From an uncultured Planctomycetota bacterium (GTDB lineage Bacteria > Planctomycetota > Planctomycetia > Gemmatales > Gemmataceae): DNA of 64,000 bases. Both the position numbers and the translations under genes were made by a program. The notes under the pieces are model-generated. The model had not been told where the DNA came from, made no database searches, and saw nothing but the letters and a program-made list of their open reading frames with translations. Positions 1 through 10,562 of the stretch are shown here, one piece after another (position 1 is the stretch's first letter; every line of letters starts with the position of its first letter). Location of the stretch: contig CAWKHF010000012.1 in the NCBI GenBank assembly GCA_963849325.1, forward strand, positions 288,001 to 352,000, written 5' to 3'.

Positions 1-303
1 GATACCAACGGCGATGCCTTCAACGACGACAGTAGCACCTTGGGCGGACGGTTCATGACCATCAACGCGCCCAACAGCGGCACCGACAACATGGGCTATT
101 GCGTCAACGACAACGTCCGCGCCCCTTGCTCCACTGCTTCGCCGTACCAGGTGGCGGCGCGCAGCCGGCACGTCAGCGGCGTCAACGCCCTCTTCTGCGA
201 CGGCTCGGTACACTTCATCACCAACAGCATCATCCCCGCTACCTGGCAAGCTCTCGGGACCACCAGCGGCGGCGAACCGATAAACGCTTCTCAGTTCAAT
301 TGA
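1..303 (+). CDS. DUF1559 / prepilin-associated H-X9-DG domain protein, C-terminal part (5' truncated by window edge)
   Basis: ARSRHVSGVNALFCDGSVHFI...W.ALGT..GGE matches the H-X9-DG-CTERM motif typical of planctomycete DUF1559 proteins. Confidence 0.9.
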   Translation, partial: DTNGDAFNDDSSTLGGRFMTINAPNSGTDNMGYCVNDNVRAPCSTASPYQVAARSRHVSGVNALFCDGSVHFITNSIIPATWQALGTTSGGEPINASQFN

Positions 304-376
304 CCCGCGTTCTTCTGCCCGCTGGCGGCATCGTTGACGCGGATAGGGACCACGACCCTGCGTTTCCTCAGCGGGG

Positions 377-439
377 CATCCGAGCCTGAAGCGTACGCGA
401 AGGGTAGGATCTCCTTCGCGTACGCTTCAGGCTCGGATG
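377..439. repeat. REP-like palindrome (ATCCGAGCCTGAAGCGTA.GCGAAG family)
   Basis: Long inverted arms CATCCGAGCCTGAAGCGTACGCGAAGG/CCTTCGCGTACGCTTCAGGCTCGGATG between convergent genes; near-identical copy at 28078-28139. Confidence 0.85.
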
Positions 440-449
440 TCGTTCCGTA

Positions 450-3400
450 TCATGGCTTGGGGGAATCGCCGAGGTTTTTCCAAACCTCCGCAGCCGGCTT
501 GCCGTTGATCGTCTCCAACGTCTTGCTCTCGCGCAGGATCGCCGTGCCGCGAAAAGCTTCGGGGTCACAAACCAATGTCTTGAGAGGCGCATCTTTCACG
601 GGCGCAAAGTCCGTGACGCGCGTTTGGGAACACATCAGCTCTTTGAGGCGCGCGGCGCCCTTCAAAGGAGCCAGGTCGGCAACGTCGGTATATCGACAGT
701 CGAGATGACTCAGGGGTAGTCCCGCGAGGGGGGCAAGATCGTGGACCCGAGTGTGATGACAAACCAAAAACCAGAAGCCCTTCTTTCCTGCAAGGGGGGA
801 GAGGTCGGAAAGAGCCGTTTGATAGCAGACCAGCCACTGGAGAGGCAAATCCTTGAGCGGCGTGAAATCGCGAACGGGGCACTCGCCGCAGTCGAGGTGT
901 TCGAGGGGGAGCCCTCGGAGCGCGGTGAGATCGGATATCGAATTGCCGGCGCAGAATAGCCAGCGTAGAGGCAATCCCTTCAAGGGCGAGAGATCCGTCA
1001 GTTTCCCCGTGCCGCTTCCCCCGCGTACTTTGCTGCCGTTGCAGCCCACACTCGTCAACTGCTTGAGCGCCCTCAGCGGAGTGAGGTCCGTCACCTCATC
1101 GCTGACGAACCGCACCCCCGTCACGACATCATTCTCGATCTTGTGATCCACCTGGCCATCGAAGCCGGGATTGCGCTTCTTCAACTCGGCGGCGACCGCT
1201 GCCACTTGCTGCATGGCCGGCATGGCGGCGACTTGCTTGCACCAGGACTCGAAACGCGCTTGCTGTGCGGCCATGTCCTTCCACAACTCCGCCACCGGCT
1301 TGTGGTTAATCGTCTCCAGCGTCTTGATGGAACGCAGGACATGGGCATCGCGCTCCGGTTTGAAATCACAGGTCAGCCACCGGAGGGGTACGTCGCGCAA
1401 GGGTGAAAAGTCCTGAATCTGCGTATAATCGCAGATCAACCTCTGGAGCGGCATTCCGCGTAGTGCTGCCAGGTCCGCGACCGGAGTTCCGCCACAGTTC
1501 AGCTTCGTCAGATTCATGCCACGCAACGGCGACAGATCCGAGATGGGCGCCCAGTGAATGTCCAGTTCCGTCAACGGCAAGCCTTTGAGGGCGCCAGATT
1601 GGAAAGCCCCTTATGTTTCTGGCTGCTGGGGCAGGTCAGCCGCTTCAGTCCCGTCAGCGCTCGTAGCGGTGAAAGGTCGGTCACTTGATCGCTGATGTAT
1701 TGCAAGCTCACGACAACGTCGCCCTCAATCTCGTGCCTCACTTGGCCATCGAAGCCGGGATTGCGTTTCTTCAACTCGGCGGCGACCCTTTCCACTTGTT
1801 TCCGCGGCGGCATGGCGGCGACCTGCTTGCACCACGCCTCGAACTCCGCCTGCTGGGCGTCCACTTCCTTCCAGAACTCGGCCACTGGCTTGTTGTTGAT
1901 CTTTGTCAACGTCTTGATGGAACGCAAGATGTCCGCGTCCCGGTAAGGCTGGAAGTCACACCACAGATCCTGCAAAGGCGAATCCCGCACGGGCGATAAA
2001 TCCGCGACCTGGGACCAACGACAGTCGAAGTACACCAGCGGCATACCATGTAGCACGGACAGGTCCGCTATCGGAATACCGTGGCATGTGAGGTTGGTTA
2101 GGGGCATCCCTTTCAAGGGGGAGAGGTCTGTCACCTTCGTCGCTTCGCAGTGAAGTTGCGTTAGGTGCATTCCTCGGAGGGGCGACAGATCGTTAACATT
2201 TGAGTGACCGCAGGAGAAATGTAGCAAAGGCATCCCTTTGAGCGGCTCAAGATCACGGACGCTGCTTTCCCTGCATTGTAGTTCGGCGAGGGACATGCCT
2301 GTTAGCGGTGTCAGATCCGCGAGCTTGCTTCTGGCAGGATACATATTCCCGCCAACGCGTAGCCTCTTCAGTCCTGGTAGTGCTCGTATCGGTGCTAGGT
2401 CAGTGATGTGGCTAGATCTCGCATCCAGCACGGTCACCGTTCCTTCCTGTATCTCATACTTCACCTTGCCATCGAAGCCGGGATTGCGCTTTTTCAACTC
2501 GGCGGCGACGGCCTTGACTTGTTCCTCCGCCGGCATGCCGGCCACGTCACGCAGCCATTGCTCGAACGAGCGTTGGCCTTCTTTCCGTGGTTTGGGCTGT
2601 TCCACGGCGACCGGCTGCGATGGGGGTTGCGGAGGATTCGCACGCCGGAGGAGAAGCCCGAACACGACCGCCAGTCCCAGCAGCAGGACGCCGCCTCCAA
2701 CCGCCGCAAGCCGCAGCTTCTGATTCTCCGCCTGCCGCCGCGAACGCTGCTCCTTCATTATCGCTTGCACGGTTTCGCCGGTCGGCCGGAAATCGAGCAC
2801 GTCGTTGACCGTCGGCTCCGTCGGAACGAGGTTGGCTCCGACCGGGCGCCACAGGGGATCGTCCGGCTGTCGTCGCTGGTCAGCGCTTCCAGTGCGCGGA
2901 CCAACTCGGCCGGCGTTTGATAGCGCTGCTGCGGTCGCTTGGCCATCAGCTTGTACACGATGTCCGCCAGCGCCGACGGCACCTCGGGCCGCACCTGTTC
3001 CAGGGGCGGCGGCTGATCGGACTGATGTTTCTTGAGCTTCTGAATCAGCGTGCCGCCGGAAAACGGCACCTTGCCCGTCAAGAGCTGATACAGCGTGCAA
3101 CCGAGACTGTACAGGTCGGCGCGGATGTCTACCGTGTGCGATTCCTCGGCCTGCTCGGGAGCCATGTAGTCGGGCGTGCCCATGATCGCTCCCTCTTGCG
3201 TCATGGTCGTGCTGGCCTCGCCGTCCTCATCGGCCACGGTCAGCCGCGCCAGGCCCATGTCGAGGATCTTGACCACGCCTTGCTTGGTCAGCAACAGATT
3301 GTGCGGCTTGATGTCGCGGTGGACCAGGCCGCGCTCGTGGGCATGTTGCAGCCCCAGCGCCGCCTGGCGAACCCAGTCGCACGCCTGCGCCACCGGCAAA

Positions 3401-3897
3401 GGCCCGTGCTGCTTGATGAGCTTGGCCAGGTCCGTGCCCTCGACGTACTCCATGGCGAAGAAGTGCGTGCCGTTGACCTCGTCGGCGTCGTAGGCCAGGA
3501 CGATGTTCGGATGCGAGAGCTGCGCCGCGGCGCGGATCTCGCGGTGAAAGCGTCGCACCGCGTCCTCGTTGCTGAGCCGTTCCTTGCGGATCAGCTTCAG
3601 GGCGACGAGGCGGCCGAGCTTCCAGTTCCTGGCCTTGAAGACCTGTCCCATGCCGCCTTCGCCAATACACTCCAGCAAGACGTAGGAGCCGAGCATCAGC
3701 TCGCCGCCGCGTCCTTGCAGGAGGAGATTGGCCTGGTAGGACGTCAGCCATCGACGGCGGACCAGTTCGGCGGCGAGAGCCTTTGGCTCGGCGAAGCGCG
3801 GCAGCAGCTCGCTTGCCAGCACGTTCTGCTGTTTCGGCTCCAGCAGCCGGCCGTGACAGAGGAAATCCGCCAAATCGCTAACGGAATCGAGCGCCAT
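450..3897 (-). CDS. Membrane Ser/Thr protein kinase with C-terminal internalin-like leucine-rich repeats (frameshifts near 2850 and 1580)
   Basis: GEGGMGQV, VALK, HRDIKPHN, DMGLAR, GTPDYMAPE kinase motifs (2758-3897); TM helix then repeated DLSPLKGMPL LRR units in ORFs 1571-3100 and 450-1580. Confidence 0.88.
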
Positions 3898-3926
3898 GAG
3901 GAACCTCTCGGCAGAGAGAACGGCCG

Positions 3927-4748
3927 CTATTGATGCGCCGCACCGGCGCGATCGAGGATGCCCTTGAACGCGGCGATGGCCTTGGGGAACAACTCCGGCC
4001 CCGTGACGCCGCCGGTGGGACCGCCACCGAGCAAATGCGGCTCCAGCGTGGCGAACCCATCATAGCTGTGGGCTACCTCGGCGACCACCTCGGGGATGCG
4101 TCCCTGACCCTCGCCGGCCAGGCAGCCGTGTTTCTCGCCAGCGATCCAGTCCTTGATGTGGAAATGCGTCGTCCACGCCTTCGTCATCTGCCAGCCCTGC
4201 CACGGATCGTAGCCGCAGAAGACGTAGTTGGCCGCGTCGTAGACCGCCCGCAGGTGCGGGCTGTTGACGCTCTGGATCAGATCGACCACGCGATGCGGAT
4301 CGTCGCCGTAAATGTTGTGCTCGTTCTCATGCAGCAGCCGCACACCAGCCTTCTCGGCGCGGCGCGTCTTCTCCGTCATGCGCGCCAGGATCTCGCTTCG
4401 CCACTTCGCCCAGTCGTCTCCGTCCGGTTTGTAATAGCTGAAAACGCGGATATTCGGCGTCCCGAACCTCTTGCAAAGCTCGATGGCCCGCTCGAAGCGC
4501 TGCAAGTGCGGCTCGAACGGCTGGTCGATCTGGACCTTGCCGATGGGCGAGCCGATGGCGCTGAGCCGAAAGTCGTGCCGGTCCAGCAGCGATTTCAGCT
4601 CCGTCACCTGCAGGTCGGTCAGGTCCAGGACATTGGTTTTCAGAATGGAGCGCAGCTCGATGTGCCGCACACCGCAGGCGCGGAGGACATCGATTTGCTC
4701 CTGCGGATCGGGAGAGATTTCATCGGCGAAGGCGCTGAGGATGAACAT
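3927..4748 (-). CDS. Sugar phosphate isomerase/epimerase (xylose isomerase-like TIM barrel)
   Basis: LSAFADEI, LLHENE, YDAANY, HIKD, TLEPHL metal-binding motifs. Confidence 0.88.
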   Translation of the reverse strand: MFILSAFADEISPDPQEQIDVLRACGVRHIELRSILKTNVLDLTDLQVTELKSLLDRHDFRLSAIGSPIGKVQIDQPFEPHLQRFERAIELCKRFGTPNIRVFSYYKPDGDDWAKWRSEILARMTEKTRRAEKAGVRLLHENEHNIYGDDPHRVVDLIQSVNSPHLRAVYDAANYVFCGYDPWQGWQMTKAWTTHFHIKDWIAGEKHGCLAGEGQGRIPEVVAEVAHSYDGFATLEPHLLGGGPTGGVTGPELFPKAIAAFKGILDRAGAAHQ

Positions 4749-4780
4749 GGCGGGTGGCTTCCTGTCAGAGTCTCGGGCGA

Positions 4781-5362
4781 TTAGGGGTCCGGTTGTTGCG
4801 TCTGGCCCGGTCGCCAGAGGATGTCGTCGCGGCCGTTATTGTTGTAGACACGGGCCAGCACGAAGAGGAGGTCCGACAGGCGATTGAGATAGACGATGGC
4901 CTGCGGATTGACCGGCTCCGCGCGGGCCAGTGTCACCACGTCGCGCTCGGCGCGGCGGCAGACGGTTCGGGCCAGGTGGCACCACGCGGCGGCACTCGAT
5001 CCGCCGGGGAGGATGAAACTGGTCAACGGCGTCAGGCCCACGTTCAAGCGGTCGATGGCTTGCTCCAGTCGTTCGACCTGCTCCGGGCGGATGCGCAGGC
5101 GGGCACCGGATGTTTCCTCGGCCGACTGCGGCAGACATAGGTCGGCGCCGACGTCGAAGAGGTCGTTCTGGATGCCGCGGAGGAGATCGACTTCGGCGGC
5201 CTGCGGTTGGTGGCTGACGAGCAGGCCGAGGGCCGCGTTCAGCTCATCGACGCTGCCATAAGCCGTGACGCGCGGATGGTCCTTGGGCACGCGGCTGCCG
5301 TCGCCGAGTCCGGTGTCGCCCTGATCGCCGGATTTAGTGTAGATGCGCGACAGGTAGACCAT
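4781..5362 (-). CDS. ATP:cob(I)alamin adenosyltransferase, PduO type
   Basis: IYTKSGDQGDTGL, AYGSVDELNA, FILPGG, RTVCRRAER, YLNRLSDLLF. Confidence 0.95.
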   Translation of the reverse strand: MVYLSRIYTKSGDQGDTGLGDGSRVPKDHPRVTAYGSVDELNAALGLLVSHQPQAAEVDLLRGIQNDLFDVGADLCLPQSAEETSGARLRIRPEQVERLEQAIDRLNVGLTPLTSFILPGGSSAAAWCHLARTVCRRAERDVVTLARAEPVNPQAIVYLNRLSDLLFVLARVYNNNGRDDILWRPGQTQQPDP

Positions 5363-5458
5363 GACAGGCGGACTCCTGCAAAAGACGACAGTCCGGGGCA
5401 CGACCGCCTCGGTGGGCCGTGCCCCGGACTGTGAGGTAGACGAGTGGGGACGGGACGT

Positions 5459-5599
5459 TTAGCACTCGCGCATTTTCCGCAGTGCGGCCCGGACGCGCTG
5501 CTTGGCCAGACGAGTTTGTCGTTCTTTCTTGCGTTGCCGGCGCTTGAGCCGCTGCAACGCGGCCAGAAACCGCGGAGTCTCTGGCTCGCCATAGATCAT
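5459..5599 (-). CDS. Small basic hypothetical protein (46 aa)
   Basis: MIYGEPETPRFLAALQRLKRRQRKKERQ... with GGAG-like SD upstream; no family recognised. Confidence 0.35.
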   Translation of the reverse strand: MIYGEPETPRFLAALQRLKRRQRKKERQTRLAKQRVRAALRKMREC

Positions 5600-5711
5600 G
5601 GCGACCGCTCCTTTCCAGGGGTATCCGCTGTTGTCCTCCCTCCGCCTATTCCATCTTATGCGATCGTTACGACACGCTGTCAATAGCCTTGTCGAAGGAT
5701 TTGTCGAGATC

Positions 5712-5741
5712 GTTTCGCCGCGCTCTGGAGCGCGGCGAAAC
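5712..5741. terminator. GC-rich hairpin immediately after the nrdJ stop
   Basis: GTTTCGCCGCGCTC-TG-GAGCGCGGCGAAAC inverted repeat. Confidence 0.5.
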
Positions 5742-8700
5742 TCAACTGCACCCCGAAGTAGCCCCACACGTATCGCACTTGCAGCAGCGCCGCTGCGCAC
5801 CAAGGTCAGTTGGCCGCACTCGCTGCACGGATCGCCCTCGTAACCTTTCAGCCGTGCTTGTCGGATCTTCTGCTCCATGCTCTGCTCGCGCAGGTCGGCG
5901 ACGTGCCGTTCTTGTGTCCGTTGCCGTTGCTCTGTTCGCGCAGCGGCGTCAGGTGGCCGCTGCGCGGCGTGGCGAACGCCTTGGATACCGGCTGCGGCTC
6001 GACGATGCGCTCCTCGACCACCTCCTCCGCCTCGAAGGCCGGCTCGTCGCGCTCGCGGTGCAGGGCGTCGCCGCGCAGATCCTCCGCCTCGACCTGGGCC
6101 AGGTCGTGCCGGCCCAGGTAGGTGATGGCCAGCTCGCGGAAGATGTAGTCGATGATCGACGTCGTCATCTTGATGTGCGGGTTGCCCTGGACCACGCCGT
6201 TCGGCTCGAAGCGCGTGAACACAAAGGCGTCCACGTACTCCTCCAGCGGTACGCCATGTTGCAGGCCGAGCGAAATGGCGATGGCGAAACAGTTGGTCAT
6301 GCTGCGGAAGGCGGCACCTTCCTTGTGCATGTCGAGGAAGATCTCGCCGAGCGTGCCGTCCTCGTACTCGCCGGTGCGCAGATACATCTTGTGGTTGCCG
6401 ATGCGGGCCTTCTGGGTGTAGCCGGCGCGGCGATCGGGCAGGCGGCGACGGTTGGCGATATAGCGATAGACGATCTTCTCGGCAATGCGAACGGCGTCGG
6501 CCTTCGGCTCGTCGTCAGCCGATTCGGCGACCTCGGCGTCGAGGTCCGGGGCGTCGGCGACGCTGTTGAGCGGCTGGCTGAGCTTGGAGCCGTCGCGGTA
6601 CAGGGCGTTGGCCTTGAGCATGAGCTGCCAACTCAGCTGGTAGGCGCTCTTAACGTCGTCGAGGGTGGCGTTGTGCGGCATATTGATCGTCTTGCTAGAT
6701 CGCACCACTGACGAACGGCTGGGCCGCCGCCATCATGCGGATGTGCGATTCCGCCGACAGGAAACGCTGGCCGAGCTTGCCGCACTTGTTGGCGCAGTCG
6801 AAGATGGGCAGGTGTTCCGGCCTGCAGGTGCGGCGCCCCCTCGACGGTCATCGTGCCGCACACGTGGTTGTTGGCCTCGGCAATCTGCTCCCGGCTGAAA
6901 CCCAGTGCCGTCAGCAGATCGAAACCGGGACGGTCGATCTGTTCGAGCGTGAAGCCGAGCCGGCCGGTCAACACATCGTCGCCGACGGTCCAGCGGTTGA
7001 AGGCGAAGGGCAACTCGAAGACGGCCGGCAGCATCGCCTCGATGCGCTGAAGCACGTCATCGGGGAAGCCCTTGGCCCGCAGCGTGGCGGCGTTGATGTG
7101 CGGACAGCCGTGCAGCGTGCCGGCCCCACGGCAGTAACGCACGATGTCCTCGATCTGCCGCGGCGTGTAGCCCAGCCGCGCCAGCGCCGGCGGGATCGAG
7201 GCGTTGATGATCTTGAAGTAGCCGCCGCCGGCCAGCTTCTTGAACTTGACCAGGGCGAAGTCCGGCTCGATGCCCGTCGTGTCGCAATCCATTACCAGAG
7301 CTATAGTCCCGGTCGGAGCAATACATGTGGATTGCGCGTTGCGATAGCCGTGCTTCTCGCCCAGTTCGACCATGCGATCCGACTCGCGCGCGAGCGGCGT
7401 CGAGCAGATAATCCGGACAGAAGCGCGGGTCGATGCCGACGGGCGTGATGGTCAGCCCCTCGTAGTCATCCTTGGGAGCGTCGTAGGCCGCCAGCCGGTG
7501 ATTGCGGACGACGCGCAGCATGGCCTCGCGGTTGGCCTCGTAGCGCGAGAACGGCCCGACCTCGGCGGCCATCTCCGCCGAGGTGGCGTAGGAGACGGCG
7601 TGCATGAGAGCGGTGACGGCGGCGCACCAGGCCCGGCCCTCATGCGAATCGTAGGGCAGCCCCTGTACCATCAAGAGCGATCCCATGTTCGCATAGCCCA
7701 ATCCCAGCGTGCGGTAATCATAAGACTTCTGCGCCACCGCCACGCTCGGGAACTGCGCCATGTAGACGGAGATCTCCAGGATCAGCGTCCACAGCCGCGT
7801 GGCGTGGCGGAAGGAACCCACGTCGAACCGGCCGGTGGCGGCGTCGTAGAACTTGAGCAAGTTCAAGGACGCGAGATTGCATGCGGTATCATCTATGAAC
7901 ATATATTCACTACAAGGATTGGACGCATTGATGCGTCCGTCGGCTGGGCAAGTGTGCCATTCGTTGACGGTGGTGTCGAACTGCACGCCGGGGTCGGCGC
8001 AGGACCAGGCCGCAAAGGTGATCTGTTCCCACAGTTCGCGGGCGCGCAGCGTCTTGCGCGGCTTGGGCGCTCGTCCCTCGGCCCGCGCTTTCTCGCTCTC
8101 CGTCCGCCAGTACAGGTGCCAGGGTCCGTCTTTCTGCGCCGCCTCCATGAAGTCGTTGGTGATGCGCACCGAGTTGTTGCTGTTCTGGCCGGAGACGGTG
8201 AAGTACGCCTTGGAGTTCCAGTCGGTGTTGTACTCCTCGATCTTCAGCGATGTGACGCCCTGCTCGGCCAGCTGCAGGACGCGCTCGACGTAGTTGAGCG
8301 GCACCAGGGCGGCGCGGGCCTCGGCAATCGCCCGGCGCAGGTCATGGTTGCGCTGGCGGTTCAGCCGTTCGTCGGCGTTGGGCCAGTTGGCGCACGCCTT
8401 GAGGATGGCGTTGAGATGGCGGTTGAGCAGCCGCGAGCCAGCGACCAGTGCCGCCACTTTGGCCTCTTCGACCATCTTCCAGCTGATGAATTCCTCGATA
8501 TCTGGATGATCGAGATCTAAAATAACCATTTTAGCCGCTCTGCGCGTGGTCCCCCCCGATTTAATCGCTCCGGCGGCGCGATCGCCGATCTTGAGAAAAC
8601 TCATCAGGCCGCTGGATTTGCCGCCGCCGGACAGTGGTTCGCCCTCACCGCGCAAAGAAGAGAAATTCGATCCCGTACCACTTCCATATTTAAAGATACG

Positions 8701-10407
8701 TGCCTCGCGGACCCACAGGTCCATGATGCCGCCTTCGTTCACGAGATCGTCCTGGATGGACTGGATGAAGCAGTTGTGTACAAGTCGGCCGGCGCACCAG
8801 AATTCGCCGGCTGCCGTCTGGAGGTCGTAAACCAACTCGGCTCCGGCCTTGCAACGTCCGTTGACCAGTACGGTAGATGGCCTGAGATGGGCTGCGGCTC
8901 CGACCAAGCTGAGCGCCATCTCCTCCTTTTTCGCTTCATGGGTGAAGCCGATTCGTTCCGCAAATAACTCACGCGAGTGCCGATCCCAGATGTTCAGGTA
9001 ATAGCAATCCTTGCGGTTGAAATCGGTGCGATCATCACTGGATTCGGCCACACAGGCGAAGATGCCGAGCGAACAGAGAAGGGCGTGCGCCTTTTCGATG
9101 ACGTCCCAACTTGTGTTGACGAGGCAAACCTTTTCTGCACTGACGTGTCCATCACTATCGAACAATCCTTGCAAAAACGGCCGTACAAAGTTTGCTCCCG
9201 AGCGAAGAACCCACTCGGGCACCATTTTGGCTGACGTGTGATTCCAGAGGCCCAGCCGCATCCAGAAGTGCCGTCCGGCCGCTCCGTAGCCGCGAATGGA
9301 ATGTCCCCAATGAAAGTCGGTCACGGTATGAGGCACGCCGTGTTTCTCGACGATGGCCAGCACCCGACGCAGTTCCGCCCCGGTGTTCACCTTCAACTCC
9401 CAGGTATCGCTGGTAGCCGAAGCGGGACGGCCGCTGAACCCATCCCCCACCATCAGGCCACTGATCCAGGCCAACTCCGCATCGACTTGCAACAGTCCGC
9501 ACGGGACGGGGAGGCACTCCGGTAGCAGCGGAACACGGGACAGGACCAGATGGTCTTTGCCAACCTCAAGGTCTCCCGCTCGTTTCTCTTGCAACTCCCC
9601 CTGGCCGTTCTGCACAAAAACAACGTGGTCCCCTGTCAATCGAATCGAGCTGCCGTCGGCCAGGTCAAGGCGGACCACAAAGCGCTTGCCGTTACAGACG
9701 GCCGCTTGGATCGGTGTCGGACGACCAAAACGGTCGAAGGCGGACAGCTTGACGCCCGATTGGACGGCCCGTACCACTTCGCCGACGGGTATCAATCCCC
9801 GATCGGTATTCACCAATTCGTCGTAAGGCAAACACGCATGCGGAGCGGGATGTTCGTATGCGGATGTGGAGCGCACGACTTGCTTGGTCTGCGGATCGAC
9901 GCGGTAATGTCCCTGGGCGGGTCCGTCGATGCCGTAGGCCCAGAACAGGCCGGTGTTGAACCACTGCGGCGAGTTCGGCGCCGCCATCTGCGCCGCCAGC
10001 ATGTAGCAGACTTCGTCGTGGAAGGCGCGGGCGTCGGCCTCCGACGAGAAGTAGCCACCCTTCCAGCCCCAGTAGCTCCAGCAGCCGGCCAGGCGGCGGA
10101 ACACCTGACGCGCGTCGGTCTCCTGGGCGTTGCGCGGATCGCCGGAGACCGGCACGCTGCGCTGCAGCCACTCCGGCACGCCCTCCTCGGCAACGCGCTG
10201 GCCCTGCACCGGCACGCCGGCCTTGCGGAAGTATTTCTGCGCCAGCACGTCCACCGCAACCTGCGACCAGCCTTCGGGGGCCAGCAGGTCTTTCAGCTCG
10301 AAGACTACCGAGCCGTCCGGGTTGACGATGCGTGAGGTCCGCGGGACGAACGCGAAAGCGGCGAACGGATCGGCCCCGGCCGTGGTGTAATGACGTGTGA
10401 TTTCCAT
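5742..10407 (-). CDS. nrdJ: Class II (B12-dependent) ribonucleotide reductase, intein-containing, several frameshifts
   Basis: [42 protein letters not shown]-terminal LRTGEYEDG and CSECG...[11 protein letters not shown]; assembled from ORFs 7057-10431, 6633-7373, 5848-6708 and the tail. Confidence 0.95.
8773..9834 (-). mobile_element. Intein with LAGLIDADG homing endonuclease in NrdJ (354 aa, in frame)
   Basis: Starts CLPYDELV, block B LTGDH, endonuclease motifs ISGLMVGDG and [10 protein letters not shown], ends LVHN followed by extein Cys (CFIQS); lower GC than host exteins. Confidence 0.95.
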
Positions 10408-10562
10408 GAGAGATTTCGCGAAGAAGGTCACTCGACCGATCGCGGCCGCCGAGGGCTGGAGTCTCGGGCCGGCCGGACGGAGGGAGCGGCTGTCGGTCTA
10501 GCGGTAAACAAGTGTACCGCAAACGGTTGACGGTTGTACACAGCAAAATTCGTGAATGGGGC

